A DNA stretch of 64,000 nucleotides from Dehalococcoidia bacterium (GTDB lineage Bacteria; Chloroflexota; Dehalococcoidia; Lucifugimonadales; Australimonadaceae). A program made the translations under genes and the position numbers. Positions 29,787 to 39,520 of the stretch are shown in pieces. Numbering within the stretch: the stretch's first letter is position 1; the number at the start of each line of letters is the position of its first letter. The stretch lies in NCBI GenBank assembly GCA_965220225.1, contig OZ244813.1, forward strand, positions 2,826,570-2,890,569, in the 5' to 3' direction. Below the pieces are notes generated by a model, which ran no database searches, was not told where the DNA came from, and was given only the letters and a program-made list of their open reading frames with translations.

Positions 29787-30605
29787 GTGGCTCGACGACG
29801 CGGTTCGTCCGCATATTCCAGAAGGTCCTCCGGCAGGCCCAGGACGGGCGGAAGGCAGCGGGGACAGCAGTCCCCGAAGTTCCGGGCGGCCTTCTGCGCC
29901 ACCTGCCTCGTCGACCAGTTCTATCCGGAGGTCGGCGTCGCTGCCGTAAAGGTGCTGCGCCGCCTCGGCGTGGATGTCTCGTTCCCTGAAGACCAGACCT
30001 GCTGCGGGCAGATCGCCTTCAACGGCGGCTTCCGCTCGCATGCGGCCGACGTGGCGAAGCACTTCCTGGACGTGTTCGAGAACGAGGGACAGGTCGTCGT
30101 ACCTTCCGGCTCCTGCGCCAGCATGATCAAGGTCTACTATCGCGAGCTGTTCGAGGACGACCCTGAGACGCTGGAGCGCGCGCAGGCCGTCGGCGAGAGG
30201 ACGCGGGAACTCTCCGACTACATCGTCAACGTCGTCGGCACGTCGGACGTCGGAGCGGCGGCGGAGGGACTCGTGACGTACCACGATGCGTGCCACTTGC
30301 TGCGCGAGCTGCGCATCAAGGAAGCGCCGCGCAACCTCATCGGTGGCGTTCACGGCGTCGAATTGCAGGAGATGGAGGAGTCGGACGCCTGCTGTGGGTT
30401 CGGAGGCCTCTTCTCCGTGAAGTTCCCCGAGATATCGACCGCCATCCTGGACGAGAAGCTGAAGAACATCGCGGAGTCCGGCGCGGGCACTGTGGTCGCG
30501 AACGACTGCGGCTGCCTCATGCACATCCGTGGTGCGATGCAGCGCCGGGGAATGGACGTGCGCGCCGTGCACATCGCCGAACTCCTGGCCGGGGAGAGTG
30601 CGTGA
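29787..30605 (+). CDS. lutA: Lactate utilisation protein A (CCG Fe-S protein); start uncertain
   Basis: TCLVD, QTCCGQ, YHDACH and CCGFGG. Confidence 0.85.
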   Translation: MARRRGSSAYSRRSSGRPRTGGRQRGQQSPKFRAAFCATCLVDQFYPEVGVAAVKVLRRLGVDVSFPEDQTCCGQIAFNGGFRSHAADVAKHFLDVFENEGQVVVPSGSCASMIKVYYRELFEDDPETLERAQAVGERTRELSDYIVNVVGTSDVGAAAEGLVTYHDACHLLRELRIKEAPRNLIGGVHGVELQEMEESDACCGFGGLFSVKFPEISTAILDEKLKNIAESGAGTVVANDCGCLMHIRGAMQRRGMDVRAVHIAELLAGESA

Positions 30606-32077
30606 TGGCAGAGGTCAAGAGCGCCGAGTTCAAGAAGGCGTCCGGCAGAGCGCTGCGCGACGAGAAGCTCCAGCACGCGCTCGAGCACGTCATGGAGCAC
30701 TTCGTCGGCGCGCGGGCCAACATCATCGAGTCCGACTTCGGCGACGAGAGCTGGGAGGCGATGCGCACCCGCGCCGCCGCCATCAAGCAGTCCACGCTGG
30801 AGCACCTCGACTACTACCTGGACATGGTCGACAAGAGCGTCCGCCGCAACGGCGGGCACGTCTACTTCGCGGACGACGCCGCGCAGGCGAACGCCATCGT
30901 GCTCGACATCGCGAAGCGCAACGGCGTGAAGACCGTCATCAAGAGCAAGTCCATGGTCTCCGAGGAGATGGGCATCAACCACATCCTCGAGCGCGAAGGC
31001 ATCGAACCGGTCGAGACCGACCTCGGCGAGTACATCATCCAGCTGGCGGGCGAGACGCCCTTCCACATCATCGCTCCGGCGATGCACAAGACGCGCCAGG
31101 AGGTCTCTTCCCTCTTCCAGGAGTGGCTGAAGACCGCGCCGACGCAGGACATCAAGCGCCTCTGCGTCTACGCGCGCGACGCCTTGCGCGAAAAGTTCGC
31201 CGCGGCGGACATGGGCATCAGCGGCGCCAACTTCGTCGTGGCGGAGACGGGCACGGTCTGCCTCGTCACGAACGAGGGGAACGGCCGTATGACCACCTCC
31301 GCCCCGCGCATCCACGTCGTGCTCGCGGGCATGGAGAAGATCGTACCGGCCATCGAGGACCTGGCGCTCTTCCTGCGCCTGCTGCCGCGCTCCGCCACCG
31401 GTCAGCGCATCACGAGCTACAACACGTTCGTGGGCGGCCCGCGCGCCCCGAGCGACGAGGACGGCCCCGAGGAGTTCCACCTCGTGTTCGTGGACAACGG
31501 ACGGCTCAACCTGCTGCGCGACGAGGTGATGCGGGAGGCGCTGCGCTGCATCCGCTGCGGCGCGTGCCTGAACCACTGCCCCGTGTACCAGAAGATAGGC
31601 GGTCACGCCTACGGCTGGGTCTACTCCGGCCCCATCGGCGCGATCGTGACCCCGCCCATGACCAACATGAAGGTCGCCCGCGACCTGCCCTACGCCTCGA
31701 CTCTCTGCGGAACGTGCAAGGACGTCTGCCCCGTGAAGATAGACATTCCCCGCCTGCTGCTGCACCTGCGCCACAAGGTGGCGGAGGGTGCCCTCGGCGA
31801 GCGCAGCACGACCTGGATGGAGCGCCTGTTCGTGGGCCAGTGGCACAGCGCGATGCGGAGCCGCAAGGCGCTGGAGGGCAAGGCGAACCTCGGCAAGCTG
31901 CTCACGCGTCCGTTCACGCGGGGCGGGACGGTCCGCAAGCTGCCGTTCGCGCCGATGGTGAACGGATGGACGGCGAGCCGCGACTTCCCTGCGCCCGCCC
32001 CTCGGTCGTTCGCGCGGCTCTGGAAAGAGGAGCTCGCCCACGACAATACGCACTCGAACGGAGCGGAGCGGAGGTAG
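30605..32077 (+). CDS. lutB: Lactate utilisation protein B (Fe-S)
   Basis: KSKSMVSEE, ETDLGEYIIQL, CIRCGACLNHCP and STLCGTCKDVCPVKI. Confidence 0.92.
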   Translation: MAEVKSAEFKKASGRALRDEKLQHALEHVMEHFVGARANIIESDFGDESWEAMRTRAAAIKQSTLEHLDYYLDMVDKSVRRNGGHVYFADDAAQANAIVLDIAKRNGVKTVIKSKSMVSEEMGINHILEREGIEPVETDLGEYIIQLAGETPFHIIAPAMHKTRQEVSSLFQEWLKTAPTQDIKRLCVYARDALREKFAAADMGISGANFVVAETGTVCLVTNEGNGRMTTSAPRIHVVLAGMEKIVPAIEDLALFLRLLPRSATGQRITSYNTFVGGPRAPSDEDGPEEFHLVFVDNGRLNLLRDEVMREALRCIRCGACLNHCPVYQKIGGHAYGWVYSGPIGAIVTPPMTNMKVARDLPYASTLCGTCKDVCPVKIDIPRLLLHLRHKVAEGALGERSTTWMERLFVGQWHSAMRSRKALEGKANLGKLLTRPFTRGGTVRKLPFAPMVNGWTASRDFPAPAPRSFARLWKEELAHDNTHSNGAERR

Positions 32078-32080
32078 GCA

Positions 32081-32833
32081 GTGCCCCCCACGCCGGAAGA
32101 ACACCCGAACAAGACAGCCTTCCTGCTGCGTGTCCGCGAAGCGCTGGGACGCACCGAGCCCATCGTCCACATGCCGGACCACCCTTCGCTGAAAGCGAAC
32201 TCCACCCGCCAGCAGGAGAAGGTGCGCACCATCGTCGCGAAGAACGCGGCGCGCCGCAGCCAGTCGCTGGACAGGCTCGCGAGGACCGCATCGGCCGCGT
32301 CGTGGAACGTCCGCAGGGCGGGCGACGCGGAGGAAGCCGCGAGCATCGTCGCGGAGATCGCACAGCAGTCGGGCGTGAAGAACCTCGTCCGGTCCGCTGA
32401 GGACATCTTCAAGCGCGTGAACATAGACACCGCGCTCCGCTCGGTCGGCGTCTCCCCCGCGATCCTTGCGTCCGGCAGGTCGCGGAGCAGGGGCGCGCTG
32501 CGCGACATGGCGTTCCGCGCCGACATGGGCGTCACGGGCGTCTCCTACGCCATCGCGGAGACGGCGAGCTGCGCAGTGATACCGCGCAGGGGCGTGGCGC
32601 GCCTGGCCTCGCTGGCGCCGCCCCGGCTCGTGCTGCTCATCGAGTCGGAGCAGGTCGTTGAAACGCTGGACGACTTCTTCGCCATCACGCGGCTGAACCG
32701 CATGCAGGCGCGCGGGCGGGCGGTCAACTACTTCAACTTCATCTCCGGGCCGTCGCGCACCGCCGACATAGAGCAGACGCTCACCATCGGCGTCCACGGC
32801 CCCGGCGAAGTCCACATGGTCATCCTCGACTGA
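32081..32833 (+). CDS. lutC: Lactate utilisation protein C (LUD domain)
   Basis: FISGPSRTADIEQTLTIGVHGP. Confidence 0.9.
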   Translation: MPPTPEEHPNKTAFLLRVREALGRTEPIVHMPDHPSLKANSTRQQEKVRTIVAKNAARRSQSLDRLARTASAASWNVRRAGDAEEAASIVAEIAQQSGVKNLVRSAEDIFKRVNIDTALRSVGVSPAILASGRSRSRGALRDMAFRADMGVTGVSYAIAETASCAVIPRRGVARLASLAPPRLVLLIESEQVVETLDDFFAITRLNRMQARGRAVNYFNFISGPSRTADIEQTLTIGVHGPGEVHMVILD

Positions 32834-32858
32834 CCGGGACTGACACAGGAGGCGGCGT

Positions 32859-33608
32859 ATGCGCCTGGAAGGCAAGGTCATCATCGTTACGGGCGCGGCG
32901 CGCCACCTCGGGCAGGCCTACGCCGTACGACTCGCGAAAGAGGGCGCGAAGCTCACCGTCGCCGACGTGCTCGACTGCTCGGAGACGGCGCGCCTCTGCG
33001 AGGCCGAGGGCGCCGAGGTGCTCCCGCTCAACGTGGACGTGACGAGCGAAGAGGAGACGATGGCCCTGGCCCGCCGGACCGTCGAGCGCTTCGGACGCGT
33101 CGACGGCCTGCTCAACAACGCCGGCCTCATGCGCAACATCACCGGCCCTTCCCTCATGGACGTCGACCCTGACTGGTGGGACAAGGTCTTCTCCGTGAAC
33201 GCGCGCGGCACGTTCCTCTGCACCAGGGCCGTCTTCCCCTACATGCGCGATCAGGGCGGCGGTAAGATTCTCAACGTCGGCTCCACCACGATGCTCCGCA
33301 CCTCCAACAACGTGCGCGACAGCAACCCGCACTACGTTGCGTCGAAGGGCGCTGTGATGGCGTTCACCCGCGCCATCTGCCGCGAGCTCGGCGAGCACAA
33401 CATCAACGTCAACACGCTCGCGCCCGGCGGCACCGACCAGGACCCCTCGCTCACCGGGGACGAGGCCACGGAAGAGGCATCGCGGGCGTTCGGACGCCGC
33501 GGCGTGCCGAGCGATCTTGCGGGCACCGTGGCGTTCCTCTTCTCCGACGACGCCGACTTCATCACCGGCCAGCTCATCGCGGTCAACGGAGGCAAGGAAG
33601 TCTCGTAG
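32859..33608 (+). CDS. SDR family oxidoreductase
   Basis: TGAARHLG, NNAG and YVASK. Confidence 0.92.
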   Translation: MRLEGKVIIVTGAARHLGQAYAVRLAKEGAKLTVADVLDCSETARLCEAEGAEVLPLNVDVTSEEETMALARRTVERFGRVDGLLNNAGLMRNITGPSLMDVDPDWWDKVFSVNARGTFLCTRAVFPYMRDQGGGKILNVGSTTMLRTSNNVRDSNPHYVASKGAVMAFTRAICRELGEHNINVNTLAPGGTDQDPSLTGDEATEEASRAFGRRGVPSDLAGTVAFLFSDDADFITGQLIAVNGGKEVS

Positions 33609-33618
33609 GTCTGCCCTC

Positions 33619-34758
33619 CTACCCTCCGAACTCCGGCATGACGTGCTCCGCGAAGAGCGAGAGCTGCTCCTTGAACTGCTCCGCGGGCATGCCCTCCGGC
33701 CAGCGGAACATCACCTGGTCCAGGCCGGGGAACTCCTCCTCGTACGCCTTCAACTCGCGGATCACCAGATCCGGCGGACCGCACAGCCACGCGCGCTGCC
33801 TGACGCCTTCCTCTATCGTCGGCACCCTTGCCGGCGCGCCGGGCGTGCCCCACGGACGGCCGTCGTCGTCGACGTAGCGCACGAATCCGAACGGCGCGAA
33901 CCACTTGTACGCCTCGTCGTGGTAGGAGCGCACCTGCTCGACCGCCTCCTCCGGCGTCGACGCGATGGACATCGCGACGCCGAGGCAGAGGTCCTCGCCG
34001 AGCTCGAGGTCCCGGCCTGCCTTCGCGGCCTCCTCCTGGTACGTGTGGAAGATCTGCCGCGCCAGCCGGTCGCCGTTCTGCGTGATCATCCCCTTGATCC
34101 CGTTCTGCGCCATGAAGGGGATCGACCTGCCGCTCGCTATCGCCTGCCATATCTCCACCGGCTGATGGATCGGACGCGGCACCAGCGTCACCTCTGTCGG
34201 CTCGTAGCCGCGGAACTTCTGCGGCGCCGGGATCGTGTAGTGCTTGCCGTGGTGGCTGAACGACTCCTCGTGGAACGCCTTCATGATGACTTCCATCTGC
34301 TCCTCGAACAGCTCCCGGTTGGCGTCCTGGTCCAGCAGCGGAGCGCCGAGCGTCTCCACCTCCCGGGTCTGGTAGCCGCGCCCCACGCCGAAGACCACGC
34401 GCCCGTCCGTGAGGATGTCGGCCATCGCGAAGTCCTCCGCCATCCGGATCGGATGCCAGATCGGGCTCACGTTGAACGCGCAGCCGAACTTCAGGCGCTC
34501 GGTGCGCGCCGCCAAGTACGTCCCCCACAGGATGAGGTTCGGGATGACCTCGTAGCCCTCGTGCTGGAAGTGGTGCTCCGCGCCCCAGAGCGTGTCGAAC
34601 CCGAGCTTGTCCATGTGCTGCGCCACGTCCAGAGACATGTCGTACGCCTTGACGATCTGCTCGTTGGAGAGACGCCGCTCGTCCGGCGGCGTGCCGTCCA
34701 GCCCGACGTTGTCCAGTTCCGTGAAGCCGACGTAGAGGACGGAGAACTTCGTGATCAT
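33619..34758 (-). CDS. LLM-class flavin-dependent oxidoreductase
   Basis: AEHHF, WHPIRMAED, DILTDGR.FGVGRGY and FAEHVMP. Confidence 0.9.
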   Translation of the reverse strand: MITKFSVLYVGFTELDNVGLDGTPPDERRLSNEQIVKAYDMSLDVAQHMDKLGFDTLWGAEHHFQHEGYEVIPNLILWGTYLAARTERLKFGCAFNVSPIWHPIRMAEDFAMADILTDGRVVFGVGRGYQTREVETLGAPLLDQDANRELFEEQMEVIMKAFHEESFSHHGKHYTIPAPQKFRGYEPTEVTLVPRPIHQPVEIWQAIASGRSIPFMAQNGIKGMITQNGDRLARQIFHTYQEEAAKAGRDLELGEDLCLGVAMSIASTPEEAVEQVRSYHDEAYKWFAPFGFVRYVDDDGRPWGTPGAPARVPTIEEGVRQRAWLCGPPDLVIRELKAYEEEFPGLDQVMFRWPEGMPAEQFKEQLSLFAEHVMPEFGG

Positions 34759-34816
34759 CGCCACCTGCCTCGTAGGGGATGCGCGCAGGATAGCAGAGCG
34801 CCGCGCAGGGCTTGGG

Positions 34817-35422
34817 CTACAGTTGCACCGTGCGCGGCGGCACGCGCTGCCGCTCCCGCTCGATGACGGCCATGACCTCCTGCGCGGCGCTGTCGAGGGC
34901 GTCCGTCTCGTTGACGACGACCGCGTCGAACCACGCAGCGTCGCGCATCTCCTGCCGGGACATCTCGACGCGCAGCGCTGTCTCCTCCGCTGACTCGGTG
35001 TCGCGGCTGCGCAGGCGGCGTTCGAGCTCCTCCAGCGACGGCGGCGCAACGAAGATGAGCAGCGCGTCCGGCGCGAGCGCGCGGATCGAGGCCGCGCCCT
35101 GCACGTCCGTACGCACGATGGCGTCGCGCCCCTCGGCGAGCGCCTCGCGCACCGGCGCCTTCGGCACGCCGTAGAGGTTGCCGTACACCTCCGCGTGCTC
35201 CAGCAGTTCGCCGCGCTCCAGCAGTTCCAGGAACTCCTCGCGCGTATGGAACAGATGGTGGACGCCGTGCTCCTCGCCGGGACGCACCGCGCGCGTCGTC
35301 GCGGTGATGGCCCAGAACACCTCCGGGCGCTGTTCCCGCACGAGCGCGAGCATCGCGTCCTTGCCGACGCCGGACGGGCCGGAGACGACGATGAGCAGCG
35401 GATGCGGCTCGGCAGTACTCAC
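34817..35422 (-). CDS. gmk: Guanylate kinase
   Basis: SGPSGVGK, TTRAVRPGE, YGNLYG and DVQGA. Confidence 0.95.
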   Translation of the reverse strand: MSTAEPHPLLIVVSGPSGVGKDAMLALVREQRPEVFWAITATTRAVRPGEEHGVHHLFHTREEFLELLERGELLEHAEVYGNLYGVPKAPVREALAEGRDAIVRTDVQGAASIRALAPDALLIFVAPPSLEELERRLRSRDTESAEETALRVEMSRQEMRDAAWFDAVVVNETDALDSAAQEVMAVIERERQRVPPRTVQL

Positions 35423-35441
35423 CGTGAACGGCGCCCCACGG

Positions 35442-36722
35442 CTACGCGCCCTTCCCCAGCGATTCGAGGTCGTCCCAGAACGTGGGGTACGAGACGGACG
35501 CCGTCTGCGCCGACTGGACCGTCGTCTCGCCTGAGGCGACCAGCCCCGCGACCCCCATCGTCATCGCGATGCGGTGGTCGGCGTACGTCCGGTGCGCCGC
35601 GCCGCGCAGGGCGCGTCCTCCCGTTATGCGCAGGCCGTCGTCCAACTCCTCGACCTCCGCGCCCATCCGGGACAGCTCGACGCGCGACGCCATGAGCCGG
35701 TCGCTCTCCTTCACCCGCAACTCGGAAGCGTCGCGTATAACCGTCGTACCCTCCGCGAAGCAGGCAGCGAGCGCAAGCACCGGCACCTCGTCCACGAGGC
35801 GCGGGATGAGGTCGCCCCCGATCTCCGTTGCGCGCAGGCTGCTCGACCGCGCCACGAGGTCGGCGACGGGCTCGCCGCCTTCGGAGCGCTCGTTCTCGAC
35901 GCTCACGTCCGCCCCCATCATCGCCAGCGCGTCGAGGATACCCGTGCGTGTCGGGTTCACGCCCACGTTGCGCACGCGCACCTCCGCGTCGGGATGGCAG
36001 ACGCCCGCGACGAGCCAGTACGCCGCCGAGCTGATGTCGGCGGGGACCGTCACGTCCATCGCGGTGAGCCGTCCGGGGCGCACGCGCACCGTCAGCCCGT
36101 CCTCGATCACCTGCACGCCCATCGAGCGGAACATCAGCTCCGTGTGGTCGCGGGAGACGGCGGGCTGTTCCAGCGTCGTCTCGCCCTCCGCAAACAGCCC
36201 CGCGAGCAGCAGCGCGCTCTTCACCTGCGCCGATGCGACGGGCATGCGGTACTCGATGCCGTGCAGGCCGCCGCCGCGGAACGTCAGCGGCGCGAGCCTG
36301 CCGCTGTCCCGCCCGTCCACCTCCGCCCCCATCAGGCGGAGCGGGTCCACGATACGCGCCATCGGGCGCGAGCGTATCGAGCGGTCGCCCGTCATCACGG
36401 ACATGAACGGCTGCCCGGCGAGTACACCGGCCATCAGGCGCGTCGTCGTGCCGCTGTTGCCGGTGTTGAGCACGTCCGAAGGCTCCGCGAGGGTGCCGCC
36501 GCGCACCGTGAACGCGCCGTCGTCGTGACGCTCGATCTGCGTTCCGAGCCCTCGGAGCACGCGGAGCGTCGATGCCAGGTCCGCGCCGGTGCCGTAGTTC
36601 TCGACGCGCGCCTCCCCGTCGGCGATGGCGTTGAAGATAGCGGCGCGGTGCGAGATGGACTTGTCGCCCGGCGGAGTAACGTCGCCGCGTAAGCGCCGGG
36701 GATGCCGCACCGTCATCTGCAT
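35442..36722 (-). CDS. aroA: 3-phosphoshikimate 1-carboxyvinyltransferase
   Basis: PGDKSISHR, SAQVKS, ELRVKESDR and DHRIAM. Confidence 0.97.
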   Translation of the reverse strand: MQMTVRHPRRLRGDVTPPGDKSISHRAAIFNAIADGEARVENYGTGADLASTLRVLRGLGTQIERHDDGAFTVRGGTLAEPSDVLNTGNSGTTTRLMAGVLAGQPFMSVMTGDRSIRSRPMARIVDPLRLMGAEVDGRDSGRLAPLTFRGGGLHGIEYRMPVASAQVKSALLLAGLFAEGETTLEQPAVSRDHTELMFRSMGVQVIEDGLTVRVRPGRLTAMDVTVPADISSAAYWLVAGVCHPDAEVRVRNVGVNPTRTGILDALAMMGADVSVENERSEGGEPVADLVARSSSLRATEIGGDLIPRLVDEVPVLALAACFAEGTTVIRDASELRVKESDRLMASRVELSRMGAEVEELDDGLRITGGRALRGAAHRTYADHRIAMTMGVAGLVASGETTVQSAQTASVSYPTFWDDLESLGKGA

Positions 36723-36791
36723 CGAGAACTCGCTCCTGCGGAAGGTGGAGTCATTCTAGCATCGCTGCCGGTGGCGCTCGGGAGCGGGCGC

Positions 36792-37139
36792 CTACTCGAT
36801 GCCCTCCGGCAGCGTGAACCTCCCCGTGCTGTCGGTCTCGATGGGAAGCACGCTCACGACCGCCGCGCGGTCTATCGGGCCGTAGACGTGCGGGAACGTC
36901 TCGCCGTGGGACTCCTCCTCCCGCACCTCCGACGTCAACCGCGCAGGGTCGACGACCAGCAGCACGAGCGCGCGATGTCCCGCGAAGTGCCTCCCGAGCA
37001 CGCCCCGCAGCTGCGCCGGGCGGCAGTTGTGGATGAACCCCTCCGATGCCAGCGAGTCCGGCTCGTAGTGCGGCGTCTCCGCGCCGCGACGCCACGCCTC
37101 CGGCGTCGTCACGTGCAGGATATGGTCTTGCGCTATCAT
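36792..37139 (-). CDS. DUF952 family protein
   Basis: SLASEGFIH and FPHVYGPI. Confidence 0.85.
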   Translation of the reverse strand: MIAQDHILHVTTPEAWRRGAETPHYEPDSLASEGFIHNCRPAQLRGVLGRHFAGHRALVLLVVDPARLTSEVREEESHGETFPHVYGPIDRAAVVSVLPIETDSTGRFTLPEGIE

Positions 37140-37169
37140 CTCCCGCAGTCTCCGTTCCGAGGTTCCGTC

Positions 37170-37334
37170 ATGGCGCTTACCACACCGAACGACCGCACCC
37201 TGATCAACGTCATCGCCGCCTACGAGCGTGAACTCATGGGCCCGAAACTTACCACGAACGAGCTCGCCCGTATCGCCGAGTCCATGAAGCGCATGATGCT
37301 GGACGAACTGCAGTCGGCGAAGTCCTCGCGCTGA
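37170..37334 (+). CDS. Small hypothetical protein (54 aa)
   Basis: GAGG RBS, host-like codon usage, helical character. Confidence 0.5.
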   Translation: MALTTPNDRTLINVIAAYERELMGPKLTTNELARIAESMKRMMLDELQSAKSSR

Positions 37335-37403
37335 ACCCACACAGATCACCGCATAGCAGCGTAACTGTTCAGGCTTCGTGAGGATCAGGTACGTGGAGAG
37401 TCT

Positions 37404-37435
37404 CGTCATTCCCGTACCGGCGGGAATCCAGAGTG
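37404..37435 (+). repeat. dRS3-like palindrome ATTCCC-N8-GGGAAT (family D)
   Basis: CGTCATTCCCGTACCGGCGGGAATCCAGAGTG; near-identical copy at about 41166-41197. Confidence 0.75.
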
Positions 37436-37612
37436 CGCGGGCAGCGCACACGGGAAGTGAGGCAGGGTGTGGACGCTCCGCAAAGCGCTCTGTCTCATCA
37501 TCTCTGAACAGCTACATACCAGTCCTGACATCCCTTCATTGCCGCCCCTCACCGACGTACCCTATCCTGTCGCGGCTCCGGGGGCCCGGGGCGATCCCAG
37601 GAGGTGTACCAG

Positions 37613-37945
37613 GTGCAGAAGTATCTCGTTCTCTATCACGCGTCGGCGGACGCCATGCAAGCGATGATGGACTCCACGCCGGAGGATATGCAGGCCGTCA
37701 TGGGCGCGTGGAAGGCGTGGGCCGACCGGTGCGGCGACGCCCTCGTTGAGATGTCCCCCCTGAGCCCCGGAGGAAGGATGACCGCGTCCGGAAGCTCCGC
37801 GAACGAGATGGGAGTGGTGACCTACTCTGTCCTCCAGGCGGAGAGCACGGATGCCGCGCAGGCGCTGCTCGCGGACCATCCGCACCTGGGGATCGCCGGC
37901 TGCGGGATCGAGGTCTACGGGACGATGTCCCTGCCCTGGCAGTGA
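37613..37945 (+). CDS. YciI-like protein
   Basis: KYLVLY, W.AW, YSVLQAES..A..LL.DHPHL and IEVY; AGGAGG RBS. Confidence 0.65.
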   Translation: MQKYLVLYHASADAMQAMMDSTPEDMQAVMGAWKAWADRCGDALVEMSPLSPGGRMTASGSSANEMGVVTYSVLQAESTDAAQALLADHPHLGIAGCGIEVYGTMSLPWQ

Positions 37946-37955
37946 GCCTCGGGCC

Positions 37956-38642
37956 TCAGACCCCTCTGAGCGCGTCCGCAACCGAGTAGACCGGGCGAAA
38001 GACGTACCCCAGCGGGTTGATGTCCGTCGCGACCGTCAGCACGACGAGGCCTACGAGCACGATGGGCCCGAAGCGCTGCAGTTGTACGACCGCAGGCCAC
38101 CAGCTCCGCGGCGCGATGCCCTGGAGGATGCCGCCGCCGTCCAGCGGGGGCAGCGGCAGCAGGTTGAACACCGCCAGCAGCAGGTTCAGCGCGACGCCGT
38201 ACCACGCGATCAGGCTCGCCCACGCCATCGGTGACAGCGACTGCAGTTCGTCGCGCGTGATGCTGCCGTCGAGCACCCCGATGCGGAAGAGGAGCGCGAA
38301 CCCGACCGCCAGCGCAACGTTCGCCATCGGTCCGGCGGCGGAGACCATCGCCATGCCCGTCCTGCCTGTCCGCAGGCGGGACGGGTTCACCGGCACCGGC
38401 TTGCCCCAGCCGAACCCAGCGATGAGCAGCATGAGCGTGCCCGCCGGATCGAGGTGGCGCTTCGGGTTGAGCGTCACGCGCCCCAGCCGCGCCGCCGTGT
38501 CGTCACCGAGGCGCTGGGCCGTCAAGGCGTGCGACGCCTCGTGGAACGTGATGGCGATGAGCAGCGAGACTGCGATAGCGACGAACCACACGAACGCTCG
38601 GAACGGGTCGTCGAAGAGGCCGGTGATTCCCGCCAGCAGCAT
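37956..38642 (-). CDS. Site-2 protease (M50)
   Basis: HEASH and FNLLPLPPLDG. Confidence 0.92.
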   Translation of the reverse strand: MLLAGITGLFDDPFRAFVWFVAIAVSLLIAITFHEASHALTAQRLGDDTAARLGRVTLNPKRHLDPAGTLMLLIAGFGWGKPVPVNPSRLRTGRTGMAMVSAAGPMANVALAVGFALLFRIGVLDGSITRDELQSLSPMAWASLIAWYGVALNLLLAVFNLLPLPPLDGGGILQGIAPRSWWPAVVQLQRFGPIVLVGLVVLTVATDINPLGYVFRPVYSVADALRGV

Positions 38643-38662
38643 GGCTCCCCCGCGGCGCGGCC

Positions 38663-39442
38663 CTAGTCGTCGTCCCAGTCGTCATCGTCGTCGGGCGGGG
38701 GCGGAGGCGCCGAGCGCGCCGCGCCGAACGACGGCTGGGGGACGGTTGCGCCGGAGCGCTCGCGGTCCCGCTGGCGGGGCGACTTGTGCGGCAGCTCGCG
38801 CAGCATCGAGAGCGTCTCGCGGAAGGCGTCGGCGGTCTGTCCCGCCGCATCCACGATGAGCGCGGATGCCCCCGCGTCGCGCAGCTGCTCGGCGTCCGCT
38901 TTCGCGGGCAGAGCGCCCAGATGCACGAGGAGCCGCTTCGACGTCGCGCCGCGCACGCGGGCCAGCCGCATGAGCTGCGCCACCGTGAGCGGCGCGTCCA
39001 GCGAAACGAGGAACGCGTCCACCGGCAGCTGGTCGATCGTGCGCAGCAGGCTGTCCGGCAGCTCCGGCTGCACCTCCATGACGAGTGTGCGGCCCTCGCC
39101 GGTCAGCGCGCCCGCGGGCGTCGCGTCGGACGAGAACACCTGGAAGTCCGCGCCTCCGGCCTCCTCGGCCTGCCCCTCGTCCGTCCACACGCCGAACAGG
39201 GTGTCGCCGAGCGCCTTGACCGAAGCGTTCAGCGCCGTCTTCTTCACGCTCCCAGCGCCGGTGAGCAGCGCGCCGTCTATCTCCGACGTCGTCACGACCC
39301 CGGCCTGCGCCGCGTCGCCCGCGGCGACCGCCCCCAGCAGCAGCACCGGCGCGATGGACTCGCGCTTCGCGGCGCCGCCGAAACCGAGCGGCTGCCCTGC
39401 GCCCTTCTCGGCGCGTTCGAGTTTCTCTACGAGTTTGCCCAT
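38663..39442 (-). CDS. Hypothetical protein
   Basis: 259 aa with host-like codon bias and an acidic C-terminal tail. Confidence 0.7.
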   Translation of the reverse strand: MGKLVEKLERAEKGAGQPLGFGGAAKRESIAPVLLLGAVAAGDAAQAGVVTTSEIDGALLTGAGSVKKTALNASVKALGDTLFGVWTDEGQAEEAGGADFQVFSSDATPAGALTGEGRTLVMEVQPELPDSLLRTIDQLPVDAFLVSLDAPLTVAQLMRLARVRGATSKRLLVHLGALPAKADAEQLRDAGASALIVDAAGQTADAFRETLSMLRELPHKSPRQRDRERSGATVPQPSFGAARSAPPPPPDDDDDWDDD

Positions 39443-39520
39443 GGAATGTCTCCCCGTCCCAGCCTCCTCCCGCGATGGGCGATTCTACCAGCCGTCTCCT
39501 GCCTGTGCTACCCTCACACT

